Assembly (NCBI RefSeq): GCF_006345805.1
Contig: NC_042997.1
Coordinates: 46,314,001 to 46,378,000, forward strand
Direction of reading: 5' to 3'
DNA from: Octopus sinensis
Lineage: Eukaryota
Length of the DNA: 64,000 nt
The position numbers were made by a program, and so were the translations under genes. The notes below the pieces were generated by a model. The model made no database searches. It saw only the letters and a list, made by a program, of their open reading frames with translations, and was not told the origin of the DNA. Below are positions 40,000-56,227 of the stretch, piece after piece; position 1 is the first letter of the stretch, and every line of letters begins with the position of its first letter.

Positions 40000-40640
40000 C
40001 ATCAACCCAACGATTTCCACTCCCGCCCTTCCCATATCAAGTGAGCAAATCCTTTATTCTGACTCATCCATCTCATCAGTTTATGCAACCGTGACAATGA
40101 CTTTGTGTCTCCCAGGATATATTTTCCGTCTCTTTCTTTTACGTGGATAGCAGCCGTCATAAGCCAAACCACATTAACTCGAACCAACCAAAAACTGTAC
40201 TTCTTACCGCTTTCCCTTCAATCATTCCATTCTCATCTGCTTTTATTCTCCACTCCAATTCCATTATCCCATTATCTCACTCCACCATATGAATATAAGT
40301 GATCTCTGTTTCTTTCAGTCTGATCTCATTTCTTTCCCCTTCCATAATCCACTTCTTATCTAATTCAGTCGCTGTGTCCTCTGGTTCGCTCCCCCGTGAA
40401 AATTACACCAAATCCTCTGAGCCTTATTTCCTGTCAAACAGCAGTCAACCAAGCAAACCACTGACTCGTGGTTTGTCTATATGGAATTTCTCTGCTCTTT
40501 TAGGTTCTTCATTTATATTCTAGTTTTACTTCGTTTTTCCTTCTCTTTTCCCACTCTCCGAAGCAGGTCAGTGTCCGAAAAGTTAAAGTTATTTACTCAT
40601 TTCCTTTCATCAAGCGTCAGTCGAATAGTAGTGTTTGTGA
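40000..40640 (-). mobile_element. Degenerate L1/Tx1-like ORF1 fragment
   Basis: Weak peptide similarity (RVNVVWLMTAAI) to the ORF1 fragments at 56750-57700 and 61330-61630. Confidence 0.4.
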
Positions 40641-40674
40641 ATTTATTTCATCGTTTTCGGTTTTTGTTTTTCGC

Positions 40675-40716
<42 letters not shown>

Positions 40717-41056
40717 CACAAGCACACACAGACATGGGCATACATTTATATATTAGAAAGTCGAATGAGAAATTCATGTTACAAAAAACATTAATCCAAT
40801 ATAAAGTATTAGACGAAATACTCATGGATGAAGATAAAGTGACATTTTACTGAACACATATTTCCAATTGACAATTTTTTCATACTAAAAGACAGTTACA
40901 AGAACTATTAGAGTGACGTTTTCTGGCTGGTAGACACATATGCACACATGTAAACTCATGAACACAACACACACATGTTGCAGTGAGTATACACAGAATC
41001 ATGCACAATATATATATATATACATATATATGTATATATATATATACATACATAAA

Positions 41057-41250
41057 TATATTATATAAAATCCGTTCTGTCTGTCTGTGTGTGTGTATCT
41101 TCTAAGATCTCGGGCATCCTCCATCCGATTACGCTGAAATTTGATATGTAGATAGCGACTGTACCTGGGCGTGTATAAGTCTCCGAAAAAATTACAAAAA
41201 CCGATTCCAGGTGAGAATGCGACCGATAAAGCCGTGGGAACGTGCATTTG
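41057..41250 (+). mobile_element. 5' part of Helitron-like family also present at 5490-5965
   Basis: About 190 bp of clear reverse-complement similarity to 5770-5960. Confidence 0.65.
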
Positions 41251-41577
41251 TACGCGCAAGTACATCAGCTGTTACGTTATTTCTTCATTTGCTGGTGTCT
41301 CAAATTTAGGTCAAATCAACACGCAAAAAGTGAGCGCAACACAGGCGTGCAACTGAGTTGGAGGCAGAATTAGTTCTGCCTTTATAAGGCGTAAGTAAAA
41401 CGTTGTTGTAGGAATGTACGCAGCACGTAGAATATTTTGCATTTTATGCAGAGTAATCAGAATAATCTTCATAATTTATTGAATTATGTGCATAATTTGA
41501 CATAAAAGGAAAATGTAGCTATCGATATTTTTATTTCGGGGAAGGTACTGTCTACCTTGCCTACCAAGGCGGCACGT

Positions 41578-41647
<70 letters not shown>

Positions 41648-42542
41648 TGGATGGATAGATAGATAGATACATATTTATATATATGTACTTATATATGCAT
41701 ATATATAAAAGTAAATATATATATACATACATATATATATACATATATGCATACATAAATGTACATATATATATATATATATATATGCACATATATGTAT
41801 GCATATATGTGTATATATATTTATGTATATATATACATACATATATGCATACATATATGTATATATATATATATTAGAAGAAATGAGGTAATCAGAAGAT
41901 CGGATGGTTCATATTTACAGATATTTATTTATATATTACATTTTTTACATATATATATCATATCATTCAGATCATTAGCGCTTTCTCCCATTCTAGTGGG
42001 GTTTTCAAGTCAAAATAATTCCTTTGTGGGGAATTTTAATCATTTTATAGAGTTTCGTAGTGGTGGGGAGGAACAAGACAGCACAAGAGGGTGAAGTGGA
42101 TGAGGTGGAAGTGATAGAGAGAGCATGTGTGTATGTGTGTGTGTGCGTTTGTATCTGAGGCTAAAGAGAAAGAGGGGAAGGGAGAGGGAAGAAGAAGGAT
42201 TTCCTTTAGCCTGCTGGATCCCCAAAGGAGTTCTAAGAATTTTAGCTTTTGTCCACCTTTTATGATTTTGAGGATGGTCAAATGCCATTTAGGGTCTAAG
42301 AACTCTGTTTTGTGGAGGTGTGTGTGTGTGTGTGTCTCTGTGTGTCCGTGTGTGTTTGTGTGTCTGTGTGTTTGGAGAAGGGGAGAGAGACAAAAGGAGA
42401 AAAGGGAAAATAAAAATAAAGATTAAAATTTAAAAAATAAAATAAAAATAAGGGAGGAAGTGGAGAAAAAAAAATTTGTATTGATATTTATACCACTACA
42501 TATATATACACAGACTTATACATGAAATATTTGAAATATGTA

Positions 42543-42598
<56 letters not shown>

Positions 42599-42810
42599 CA
42601 TATGCATATATACATGTATATTTTAAATGATTATTACGGAAGACAGAGTGCACTGGAAGTTTTATTTAGGACAAGGATCGTAACGGCTTACTTCTGCACA
42701 GCACCCTAATGCATGGGTAACTATATAAAGGAATCGAATGCGCGCCATAATACAGGGAGAACGCCCCCAGGTCACATAAAGCGGTTCAGTTTATACTTAT
42801 ATATATATAT

Positions 42811-43545
<735 letters not shown>

Positions 43546-44080
43546 ATATGTTGAATGTATATTATATAGTCTTTGACTATTTTCTCTTTCTCACTAGACC
43601 GCTGGTAGCGGCGAATTTTTTCTAGAATTTTTTGCTACCCTGATATTTATTAATTAATGATTTTTTTAGCTAATTTTGAAATTAAATCAGCAGTTTATAT
43701 ATGTAACTGATAAAACCGCGCAGTAGCGGTGGATTTTGAAAATTTAGAGCATATAGGCTTGAGGCTCCCTTGCTGTAGCCACGTGGACATATTCTCGTCC
43801 TAGGCTTCTCTGCTGATGAGACACGCCAGTTGTAAGCAAATTTAATTTAATTTAATTAATTTGGTTGCCAAAGTTTGTCGAAACTATGCATAGTCCAGAG
43901 ATGAAAAGGGTAAATGTTTTTATTTCTCTTCCAATTTCAGAATTACAACTATTTAGCGGTTTGAGTTTGGCTGCTCTTTCTAGTGAGTCGAATGGCCTAT
44001 CAGGGCCATTCCTATATTGTTGAATATATATATATATGCATATATATACGTATATATGTATATACAGTTATATATATATA

Positions 44081-44130
<50 letters not shown>

Positions 44131-44160
44131 TCTATATTTACAAATACATATAAATATATG

Positions 44161-44195
<35 letters not shown>

Positions 44196-44714
44196 CACAC
44201 ACATATATATATATATTATTTTGGATTTCGTTCACAACTGTTTTGTATTTAGCCTATAACTTGTCGAAATGAAAAAAAAAAACCAAAATAAATCAATATT
44301 TCGTTTCGTTATTCCCATAGTTACACAATAACCAAAAATGTCTCAACCGTGGGAAGTACCAACAGGGTTGCTTCATAGTGGGCCTCAGAGTGGTTGAGGT
44401 AGTGGCGGTGGTATTGGAAGTGGTAGCAGCAGTAGTAGTTATTAGTCATTTTATCTGAACTGTGCCGTCAATGAGAATTTACATACCCCACAATTCGTGA
44501 CGTCTGTGTTTTACGGATACTCATATCTACGTTATCTAATGCGCCCTTAACTTATTTAGATCAGTGGTGGTTGAGCAACCGCAGATTTGACACCTATTTC
44601 TTGCAGATCAAATGGCCACACAGTCGTTTACTTCGTGACCTGACTTATGATGAAAAGGTTTCAACTATGATTATTACTGTTTTTACGAGCGCACTTAGAA
44701 ATCTAGGACATCAT

Positions 44715-45264
<550 letters not shown>

Positions 45265-46224
45265 GATATATCTATATGAGGATCAGCTAACTATTGCCAA
45301 CAGAGAACTTCCCATATAATTTTACTGTGCTAACGCTAAATATTAATATGAACAGCACCGGTCTTTACTAAATGCATGCATTCAGATGGATATCACTATA
45401 AAGATCTAAGTCTTTTGACCATGTATATAACAGAATACTGGTGAGAGGATATGAACCAACTCCATTTTATCGTCAGCGAATCGATTACATTTCGGTGAAA
45501 TATAAAAACAACAATAAAGATATTCCCATAACTGATTGCTGTTTAACCGAGGATTTATTTTTGTATGTAACATCTATAAAGAATGAGTTGTCAGTACCTT
45601 CCGCCTTGAACCTAATATTTAAAATAGCAGCTCATTAATAATTTGTAAGCTCATAGTCATAAATAACATCCCAACTTTCTAAGGTGTGGGAAACATAATA
45701 TCTGTGCTGTTAATAGCATTAATAATGACTGCAACAAATATGTTAATATTGTGTTCTGTCTTAAAAGTGAAATGCTTTAAATCGAGTCTTCTGAATAAAT
45801 ATCGTGTCAGCCATAAAAAGCGAGGCAACGTGTGTGTGTATGTGCTTGTGAAACTTTTATTGTATTAGAAATACTGTTTTTCTCATATGACAACGTTTCC
45901 CCTTTTATCGCTCCCTTTGTATACTGCATCGAATCATGTAACTAATTGGAAGTGTGCAACGAACAAAAGCGAGTCAGCTTAGAGGAGTTCCAACCCTTCA
46001 ATGATATAACCCTAGCAGAATATGTGTTAGTTATACAGTATCTACAGTTTGTGTCGGTAAGATTTACCATCAAATGACACCCGCTTTACAGATAGATGGA
46101 AAGTAGTCATAGAAATAACATAACACAAGTTTGAAGATTATGCATAGTCGCTAAAACAGCTAAAAATTACTGTATAATTTCCTTGAAATCACATCTTTTT
46201 ATGACAAAAAGGAAGAGCACATTT

Positions 46225-46382
46225 GAGTGGCTGTGTGGTAAGTAGCTTGCTAACCAGCCACATGGTTCCGGGTTCAGTCCCACTGCGTGGCATCTTGGGC
46301 AAGTGTCTTTTGCTATAGCCTGGGGCCGACGAAAGCCTTGTGAGTGGATTTGGTAGACGGAAACTGAAAGAAGCCTGTCGTA

Positions 46383-46431
<49 letters not shown>

Positions 46432-46648
46432 ACATGTTTGTGTGTCTGTTTTTGTCCCCCTAGCATTGCTTGACAACCGATGCTGGTGTGTTTACGTCCC
46501 CGTCACTTAGCGGTTCGGCAAAAGAGACCGATAGGATAAGTACTGGGCTTACAAAGAATAAGTCCTGGGGTCGATTTGCTCGACTAAAGGCGGTGCTCGA
46601 GCATGGCTGCAGTCAAATGACTGAAACAAGTAAAAGAGTAAAAGAGTA
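46225..46648 (+). mobile_element. tRNA-derived SINE (second full copy)
   Basis: Colinear with 44715-45130. Confidence 0.85.
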
Positions 46649-47107
46649 TACAAAATACCGAACAATTGGACGGTCGCGGTTGGAGCGCTTTTCATCATAT
46701 ATTCGCGAAACCTATTTACGTTTAATTAAATAAAATAAATCATAATATCAACACTTCGTCAACGAAGGGGACCCTTTGCGGCGGTTCCACCTACTAAAAT
46801 TATCATCGAAACCACTCTCAAATCACTCTTTATCATCATCTTAAACAAAGAATAACACATTAGATAACGGGATCCCGACGGTCTGAGAATAAGATGGTTA
46901 CGTTTAGAACGACTTACAACATAGACCCGACAAAGAGTAGCAGAAAACCAGTGGCAATATGTCGATGCGAACCATTACAAGTTTTTTGTTGTTATCGAAC
47001 AGCCTGACGTTTCTCATATTTGCATGTCTCAGAATTCTTACATTTAAACAACCAAAGTAATGTCAATATTAACGTATTGTCAACATTCTATAAAAACCGA
47101 CGATACC

Positions 47108-47138
<31 letters not shown>

Positions 47139-50100
47139 GAGAGAAAAGCACATCTCACCGTAATACCATAAATACGAAATTATGTAAATATACATAAAAA
47201 TAGAATTTTTCAGTTTTAATAATTTAACCTCCGAAGCCAACCACATTTTAACCTTTGGGTTATTCTGATAAAGAATATTTTTTTAAAAAACGTATTTCAA
47301 AGTTGTATTTTTTGAAAAAAATTCTTTTGTTTAATAAAGCCGACCGTAATTTCACTTTTTCGTCCTATTTAACAACATTTAATGAGTTTTCTTCCACTCA
47401 ACAGAAGTTTATAATAGCTTCAAATAAACACTTAATTCGTCCAACATCTCATCAACTGAACACACAGCGGTTCCTTTTAACGGCTTTGCTTGAGAGATGA
47501 AAGTCAATCTGTAGAAGTCTTGCAATCATTAACTAACTCACTTCATATCTTCAACTTATAAACGTGCTTTATTAAAATCTTTTTTTTTTCCTCCTTTTTA
47601 TTCGTTCACATTTTCACCTCGATATTTTGCAACATGTCTGAAATAGTCAAATGCTCTGACAATTCGATATGTTTCGTGTTACTATTGGGGGAGATTTACA
47701 ACTGTAAAGACAAAAACAATCACAACCAGAAGACTAATCAACAAAACATAATTAAACTATAAATAAAGAGAAGGTAAAATTGATAATTCTAACTTTTAAA
47801 AAGAGAACATATATATTACACACATACAAACACACAAGTCACATATGCGCTGTCATAAATCTTATTCCTATTTGTAGAAGTCATTTTGTTTTTCTGTTTT
47901 CATTTCCTGTTCATCTTAGCTTTCGTGGCACACCGGGAATGAACTGTTCTTAAATGTTTACTTAATGTGAAATATTCCTCGACACCATTGATAATTCGAT
48001 CTGTCATAATTAAGGTGATAGAATTAATTTCTCTTATATTTCTTTGTTAAATGCTGTCATCGGCTATCAATTTTGAATAATGGAACAATTAAAAAAAAAA
48101 AAGAAGTTTTCTATTGGTGGATATTGCAACTAAAAAATGATTTTCACAGAAAGTGATTAACAGTAATTTGGCAGTTGCAACAGTACTTGAAAAATGTCAA
48201 CTTGTTTTTCGAAATATTTTTCGAAAAGAAAAAAGTGGAAAAAAAAAACCGATACGTCATCAACGACACATACCAATGGACTGAGATTTTACATTTTTAA
48301 CATACATGTCAAGTGTTGGCAGCTTTACGCTCACCAACTTTCGACCAATTATTAAGGAGGCCTTCAGGCTTAATGCAAACAATATATATTGTTTCATTCC
48401 GATTTCATTCATTGTTCAAAGATTAAAATAGAAGTATGCTTTTAAAATTAGTTGCTTAAAATCTGTTTAGGTTCACATAATAGCACAGCATAGTTGAATA
48501 AACCAATCGCTTGAGCTTAATTTTGAATTGTGGAACGTTGCAATTTACTTCATATTTTAAATTAAATTATTGCTATAACTTAATTGCTTCGGAGGAACAA
48601 AAATGACTTCGTGTTCATATGGCGTATGTCGGGCAAAGACAGTATAATAGGGCCTATCTCTCACCCCGAACTGGATTAAGAGAAAATGTTTTAATCTCAC
48701 TTTGCCACCAAAGCAGTCACTTGGACATAGAAAATTTGTAAAATAATCACATTGATATTAATCGATTATGTTATGTATTAATGTACCTGGTTACTTCACA
48801 CTTCTGTAAAATGAACAGTCAAAAGCTGTCTCTTCTCTAAGGGCACTGGTCAGTCGCTTTATTCTCTTTGCCGAGTTACTAGAGTTATATGGCTATCTAC
48901 ATAATTAGGATATGCTTAACGTTTCCTCTACTGTCCTTGAGTACAGTGTTTGTGTATCCTTCTTCATGTAATGTTCATTCAATCGTTTATTTATTTATTT
49001 ATTTCTAGTGGGCAGAGAGAAATGCATAACGCTGCAAAACATTAGGCATTTCTAAAACGTATTTTCTTGTGTATCTTTTGTAAAGTGAGCAAGAAACATT
49101 AGAAAGTTTTAAAGAACTGATTTATTTCCATGTTTCATTTGTTTAAATTTACTTACCCTACAAATACCGAAGGGAGAGATATGAACGTCATAGTTTCGAT
49201 CCCAACAGTTCCTGAATATATAAAACTATTATGCCAAGTTGAAGACAAGATTACATCTCTTTAATCTGAAATATATATACAGAGAGGTATAATCGAATGA
49301 ATAAACACCTGCATATTACTGGTATTAAATCAACAAGTTTTTAAATGGTTTCAATCTTATTATCAACTGTTTAAAGCAAGTTAAAATATACATTTCCGGA
49401 GTTTCAAGTTTGATACGCATTCGATCTCAGCTTGAAGCTAATTCCCTTGCAAAATAATCTTGAGAAAAAATATCAACATAATACTGTATTCCCTCCACAC
49501 TACAGTAATTTGTGGTTTTGTATGTACGTCAGAAATCATTACTCTCTTTCAGTTGAGTCTTGAATAGCGGCTAAGTCAATACGGAAACACTGTGTATAAA
49601 GCTCTATTCTACAGCTAGAGCCTCATTTATGCCGCTGTTGAGATGTACTTCCGGTAGAACAAAGCAACGTTGTATCTGAAACACTATTCAAACGCATATG
49701 TTACACTTTTTATATAAATACCATAATTCAGTTACATCAATATACCTTTCCTACTTTTTTTCTCTTCACATCACCTTACTTCGACTGTACGAGTTCATTA
49801 CTTTTTTTTTTCGTTGTTACTTGTTCGTTCATTCATTCATTCGTTCATTCATTCATTCATACATAGATTCATTCATTGTACATTTTGAGTGAGTGGAGAC
49901 AAAGTTTATAAATTTCTGTCTAGGTAATTCATACATACTATTTATTTATTTTCTCTGGTTGGAAGCAGGATAAAAAGGTAAAAGTGTTGGCATTGTAATC
50001 AACAATTATTGCCTAATTGGCAATTATTTGTAAAATAATTCTCTTCTCCTACTTTATTGCTGGCCATTTTTAAGCAAACATATACCTAAATACAAGTTAG

Positions 50101-51882
50101 ACTCAGTTATTTGGTGTCCTTTTTTAGTTTTGCTATTGATTGGCCGCTGAAATCATGTACAGAAGACGTGGAGGTTGAAAATATAGTTCCTGCTTTGTTT
50201 TAATATCGATACAAAACATTTAATCTTAGGAAGTTGGGTAAAATGTCCAATTCGAATTATGGCTGCATTTACGTGATTAAATTCCTTTTCTTTTTGTGGC
50301 ATTCGGTTAATTTTCACAAAGAACGATATAAACTATACCATTAATCAGAATATATTTTTTGTACTTTTACTTTGGTCTTGTTGCTTGAGTTGGTTGATTA
50401 CCTCCACTTGCAATATTTCGCAAATTCTAATCAAACTGAAAATTGTCAATTTGGTTGGAGCTCGGTTATTGGAACTCGAAACGTAGAGACAACACTAAAT
50501 ACTGCAGTCCATTGGATTAGTTCAATGAATAAAATTTCTTTAAAACCATCGAGTTTGGTACCCGAGTCTCATACATTAAGCATTGTGGGCAATTAAGAGC
50601 AAATGAGAGAAGTTTTTGCGTACTGTAACGGTGAACGCTTATGCGTTTCGAAAAGACACTCTTAGAGGACAACCAATCCGTAACTAGAAATTTTTCAAGG
50701 CATTTATTCATTACGCATATATGTTATTTATAATAGAAGAGTTTTATCACCAACGGCACCTCAGCGACTGTGGGCATTTGAGAGTAAAGAGTTTCGACAC
50801 CAGGCGCTGGTAACAGGTTATAACACAACAATCGTTTAATCACTGCTTCAATAGTCTACCGACTAAGCTACAACGCAACATCGCCATCCCGCTATGCATA
50901 GTTAAAACAAGCGGAAAAAACTCTCCAGAGTTTACTAATTTTGAGTAAAATGGCATCTACCATGATCTAAGAGAAACATCTGTTATACCAGAGATAACCA
51001 GTTTAACGAAAGGAAACATAAATAACGACCGTTTTTGTAATATCTGTAACTTGGTCGCAAAACAAGTAGCAATAATTGCATCTCTGCCTGAAACAGAAGC
51101 AGTAGCGACATCCTTGGAAAGAATAACATTATTTGGTCGGAGCAACAGCAGTAGCAATAGCGAAGCACACGTGAAATAACAATGATTTAAAATCGGTAGA
51201 GAAAGAGAAAAACGAAATTAAACAAAAGTGCGTTCATAAAACTGTGGGTTTATTAAAAAGTATGAGTTTCTTATTTCTCTAGATATGCTTAAGTAAAAAG
51301 AAACATTTTTCTATTAACTCTCAAGAAATAAATTTTTCTAAAATCGATTCGGTTCAAAATTTTCTGTAGACATTCTTTTAGAAAGCTAAATTTGGTGGAT
51401 GGTTGATCCAGTAGAACGCTGGAAAAAAAAACTATTCCATAATTTACTGGTATCTTTTAACGTTTATTCAGAATGCGACTGTTCTATTTTCTTATATATA
51501 CTGCTATTGCGGCAATTCTTTTGAAAGATCGTATGAACTGCGCTGCGCCATTAAATAATCATGTGTTTTTTCTTTTCTATAATTTCTTCCCAAATTTGTC
51601 GATTTGAAATTTAATTTTTATTTTTATTTTTGTTTTGCAGTAGATTTTTTTTGGGTTTCGGTTTAAATAATATTATCGTTGGTTATGACCTTGGTAACAT
51701 TTAAGAGCACTTTTCAGCCACAAATGAACCATCTAGATTTCTGTAGACAATGTCGACGCAAATGGAGAACTAATACGAAGTATATAAAGAGTATAGTAAA
51801 AATACTTAGAAGCCAGTTGAAGGACACCGAACAGTTTATCAAAGGAACTTGTAAAAAGAAAAAAGAGAAAAAAACACAATTG

Positions 51883-51914
<32 letters not shown>

Positions 51915-52098
51915 CATACATACATACATACATATTTATACTCTTACACTTTATGGTTTATATTAGCCACTTGCATTGCTAAACTGTGAGTTGTTATCAA
52001 AATTTCCACCTATTTCTAAATCGTCTACCGAATATATATCTCCCTCCCCACCTCTCTGTCTGTCTGTCTATCTGTCTCTCTCTCTCTCTCTTTTTTTT

Positions 52099-52166
<68 letters not shown>

Positions 52167-52175
<9 letters not shown>

Positions 52176-52492
52176 CAGTGTATATTTAAACAGATTAAGA
52201 GGTATCTATCATAGGAATCCCTTACGTTAGAAGGTACAGCTAAAGTCCAAGCCACTAATTAGGGATAAATTGTCGTACCTGTTGACGAAGACTTCGCCTG
52301 ATAAATTATTTTATTTGCTTAGAAAAGTCAGAAACCATTTGTCCAGGAAATAGATGGTAACTGTTTTTACTTTTCATTCCCTTCGAGAATTTATCCCTAA
52401 TTAGTAGTTAGGACTTTAGCAGTTCCTTCTAGCGTAAGGGAGTCCGAGAGGGGATACCTCTTAATGTGTCAAATTGTACACTGTATTTTATA
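52167..52492. mobile_element. Foldback/MITE with ~100-bp imperfect TIRs
   Basis: TATAAAATACAGTGTA...TAATTAGGGATAAATT (to ~52271) inverted against AATTTATCCCTAATTA...TACACTGTATTTTATA (from ~52388). Confidence 0.75.
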
Positions 52493-52597
52493 TGAATAAT
52501 ATATAGTCTAGTGACTAATTTTTCTATACGCTAGGCTACTGGTAGTAAAAATTTCTAAAATGTTTATTACCCTGATATTATTAATTATGCATTATAT

Positions 52598-53042
52598 ATA
52601 TAATATGTGACAATTAGTTGTTTGTCAAAATAATAAACTCCTAGTTTCAGATGCCGGGGCTGAAGTCGCCTCCGGCGTCTCATCAGTTATTAAGACAAAC
52701 AAAAACGCTATGAAAGAAAACGCTGAATAAAGGGAGATTACTCCAATAGGCGTGGGGAAAGTAAAACTTCGTTTATATAATCTGCATATGCACACATGTA
52801 CGCATATACATACACGTACGCACTCTGCCTATATATGTGTACATATTTACATATTCAGATTCTATGAACGAAGTTTTGCTTTCCTCACGCCTATTGGGGT
52901 AATTTCCCTTTATTCAACGGTTTTTCTTTCATAGCGTTTTTGTTTGTCTTAATAACTGATGAGATGCCGGAGCTGCCTTCAGCGCCGGCATCTGAAACTG
53001 TGAGTTTTATTATGACAACTAACTAATTGCTACATATTATAT
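52598..53042. repeat. Inverted repeat of ~193-bp arms, each with a hammerhead-like motif
   Basis: Arms 52598-52790 and 52850-53042. HHR-like motifs at 52631-52692 (-) and 52950-53012 (+). Confidence 0.85.
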
Positions 53043-53093
53043 TTACTTAATATTGAGGGCTCATTCATTCATTTGTTGTCATATTATTATTAA

Positions 53094-53145
<52 letters not shown>

Positions 53146-53148
<3 letters not shown>

Positions 53149-53965
53149 TAGTTTTATTTTCATAGCGTGCTTTCATTTCACTACCGAGCGCAGCTCTGTG
53201 TGCCTTGGGTATGTGCTGTGATTTGTTGTGATGTTCTTATGGTTATTGTATGGAAAGAGTTCTGCGTAGGATGTGTGCAGTGCCTAGTAGTGCAATTTTC
53301 TGTATGTTATATGTGTTTGTAAGTCCTGGTGTTTTTGTTATGTATTTGTCTGTATATTTTTTATCATGCCTGATGCACCTACTATGATAGGAATTGTTTC
53401 TGTTTTTAGATTCCACATTCTGGTTACCTCTATTTCCAGGTCTTTGTATTTTGAAAGTTTCTCCATTTCTTTTAGAGACACGTTGTCATCTGCCGGTATT
53501 GATACATCAATTAGAAAGCATTTTTTTTCTTCATGATCTCTGACAACTATATCTGGTCTGTTGGCCTTAATTTCTCTATCTGTGTGTATCGGCATATCCC
53601 AGAGTATGATTGCTTTCTCGTTTTCTGTGACCTTTTCTGGTGTGTGCCTATACCATCTTTTTTCTGTTGTTATTCCATAATGTTGGTACAGTTTCCAGTG
53701 TATGTAGGTAGCAACTCTGTCATGTCTGTGAATATATTCTTTCTTAGCCAGGACTGGGCAGTCAGAGATAATATGATTTATTGCTTCTTGTCCATCTCCA
53801 CATATTCTGCAGTTACTTGTTATATTTCTTTTCATTACATGTTTTTGGTAATTTCTGGTGGGGAGGCTTTGGTCTTGTGCTGCAATTAAAAATCCTCCTG
53901 TCTCTGCTTTGAGTCCTGAGCTTCTCAACCATTGCTGGGATTTTTCTTTGTCTATTTCTTTTGCG

Positions 53966-53967
<2 letters not shown>
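53146..53967 (-). mobile_element. Dong/R4-clade LINE 3' fragment (CCHC + restriction-like endonuclease)
   Basis: CRICGDGQEAINHIISDC...RPDIVV...KCFLIDVSIPADDNVSLKEMEKLSKYKDL. Same family as 16353-17781; (AAT)n on both sides. Confidence 0.9.
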
Positions 53968-54018
<51 letters not shown>

Positions 54019-54126
54019 CATTATTATTATTTATGGGATTTTTCTTCTTTCAAATTTTCTTCCATTTCTTGCCGAGTGTCTTCCCGACTCCTAGGGCAAA
54101 GAAACTCATAGTATACATTGGTAGGC

Positions 54127-54202
<76 letters not shown>

Positions 54203-54286
54203 ATTATTATTATTGTTGTTGTTGTTATTATTATTATTATTATTATTATCATTAATATATATATATATATATATGTAGAGATAGAT

Positions 54287-54321
<35 letters not shown>

Positions 54322-54325
54322 TCAG

Positions 54326-55373
54326 ACTGAGTAAAAATTAAGCTACGTTTTGAAACATGAAATTCACCATGATATATTTCAACAATGCAGAAATTTTATT
54401 CATCAAAGTAAGTACCATTACAATCAACAAAACACATTTTTGCCAATGCGTTACAAGTTTATTTATTTCGGTAACATCAAAACCTAGAGTTCTGGAGCTG
54501 ATGAATCCTCTGAACCCACTTTCAGCATCGGTTTGATTTTTGAATTCCTTCTCTCGCAGGAAGCCAACAAGGTGCTTGAAAGAGTGGTTGTCGGTGGGAA
54601 AAAGGTCTGGGGAGTAAGCTAGATGAGGAAGAACATCGTAGCCAAGTTCCCTCAACTTCTGGAGCGTCATTAGTGAAACGTATGATCGAGCATTTTCCTG
54701 AAGAATGATTTGCCCTCTTCTCTTGACCAATCAGGGACGGAGAGGTTGCAGTTTCTCGTTCATTTTAGCAATTCCATGGCAATGTGTTTCTGCACTAATG
54801 GTTTTTCCGGGTTTTAAAAAGTTATATTGGATGAGTCCAACAATACACCACTAAACAGTCACCATGACCTTCCTTTTGAAGTGCTCGGGATTAGGTAAGG
54901 TTTTCGGTGATTCATGTTGGTCCAACCACTGCGAAGAACGTTTTTGTATTATGGTACAGAATCCACTCTTCATCGCAAGTTACAATACAGGCGAGAAATG
55001 GATCGGTCTGGTTACGGAGAAGAAGCATCGAGCAAATTTCATATCTGCGCATTTTCTGATTTTTATTCAAATCGTATAGTACTCATTTGTTGGGCTTTTT
55101 TCATTTTCCGATCGCATGCAAATGGTTGCAGGCAGCTTTTGGCTACCTTGAAGTTCTTTTGCCAGTTCTCGAGTGGTTTCCACTGGATCTTTCTCACGAT
55201 CTTCAAGGCTGAGTTCTCCACTGCGAAATCATTTAAACCATTTTAAACTGACCCCTCACTGATCTTTTCCTCACCAAACGTTTGGTTGATGTCGCCAGCA
55301 GATCCCGCTATCTTACATCTTTTTTGAAGTTGAGTAGCAAAATTGCTCGAATATCACGCTTTGACAGTTCCAT
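54326..55373 (-). pseudogene. Near-full-length frameshifted mariner transposase
   Basis: ATG at 55373 (MELSKRDIRAILLLNFKK); QENARSY..., HLAYSPDLFPTDNHSF, WQKCV; ancestral-looking stop at 54396-54398. Confidence 0.88.
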
Positions 55374-55384
55374 TTCAAATGATC

Positions 55385-56227
55385 ATAACAACGATTCCTT
55401 TATTGCTCTCAGGGGGCTAAATACAGAGGGACAGTACAAAGATGGACAAAAACACAAAGGTGGAGGAAAAATTTAAACGAATAAGAAGATGGTATAAAAT
55501 TCGATATTGAAGTGTGTGTGAGAGTGCCCCCGCAGGTTAAATGTGTATTGACGGACAGAAAACAACGCAAAGTTTTTTACAGTGTGGGGGTAGGAAATTT
55601 GGGGCTCCTGTGTGTTTGTAGCTATAGTTGACTGACCGTTTCCTCGGATGCCAGCCGCACCTCCACAGTTGCGTATTTCCCCCCTCTGGCGAGGTATGTG
55701 ACATTCTGCCAGATGTGTCTCAATGTTTTCTCAACTTGTAGTTTTGTCACTATTATCGTTGCCAGACTACAAGTTCTATATATTATTGTCTTCTTTTGCC
55801 AGTCCTTAGTAGCTTTACTAGGCGGGGTTACTTCTTCGTGTCCCTCCCTTCGAAGGATTTCCTTCTACTTGTTCAACTCCACCTTATTAAAACAAATCTC
55901 TTCTCTTTCACTAGTCGCAGCTGCAAAATTCTTTTTTTATTCTACCTTCATTTTCCCCGCCTCTTCTGGTCTGCAATATCCTAACTTCTCAATAATTCTT
56001 CTCCAGACGTCATTACATCTAAAGAATTCAAATCTTCATACATCATGGAGGCACAATTAATGCGCTCCACTTCAAATAAGGGGTCAGCGTCAACAAAACT
56101 GCCGTAAGACAGCAGAAACAAGTGTCTCAAGATACAATTGACAACAAACACAATTCAACAATCCTTCACTAAACTCTCGAATGATGCACAAACAAAATTC
56201 ACGACCAAATTGGTCACAGATAATTGT
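55385..56227 (-). mobile_element. Deleted L1/Tx1-like element (5' region + ORF1 part + 3' tail)
   Basis: YLARGGKYATVEVRLASEE motif at ~55630-55700; tail ending AATAAAGGAATCGTTG similar to the tail at 56228-56340. Confidence 0.55.

Noticed and set aside
50949-51179. 76-codon open frame on + mirrored by a 66-aa ORF on -
   Set aside because: No usable splice acceptor or start in frame and no recognisable family; this length is reachable by chance in a 64-kb window.
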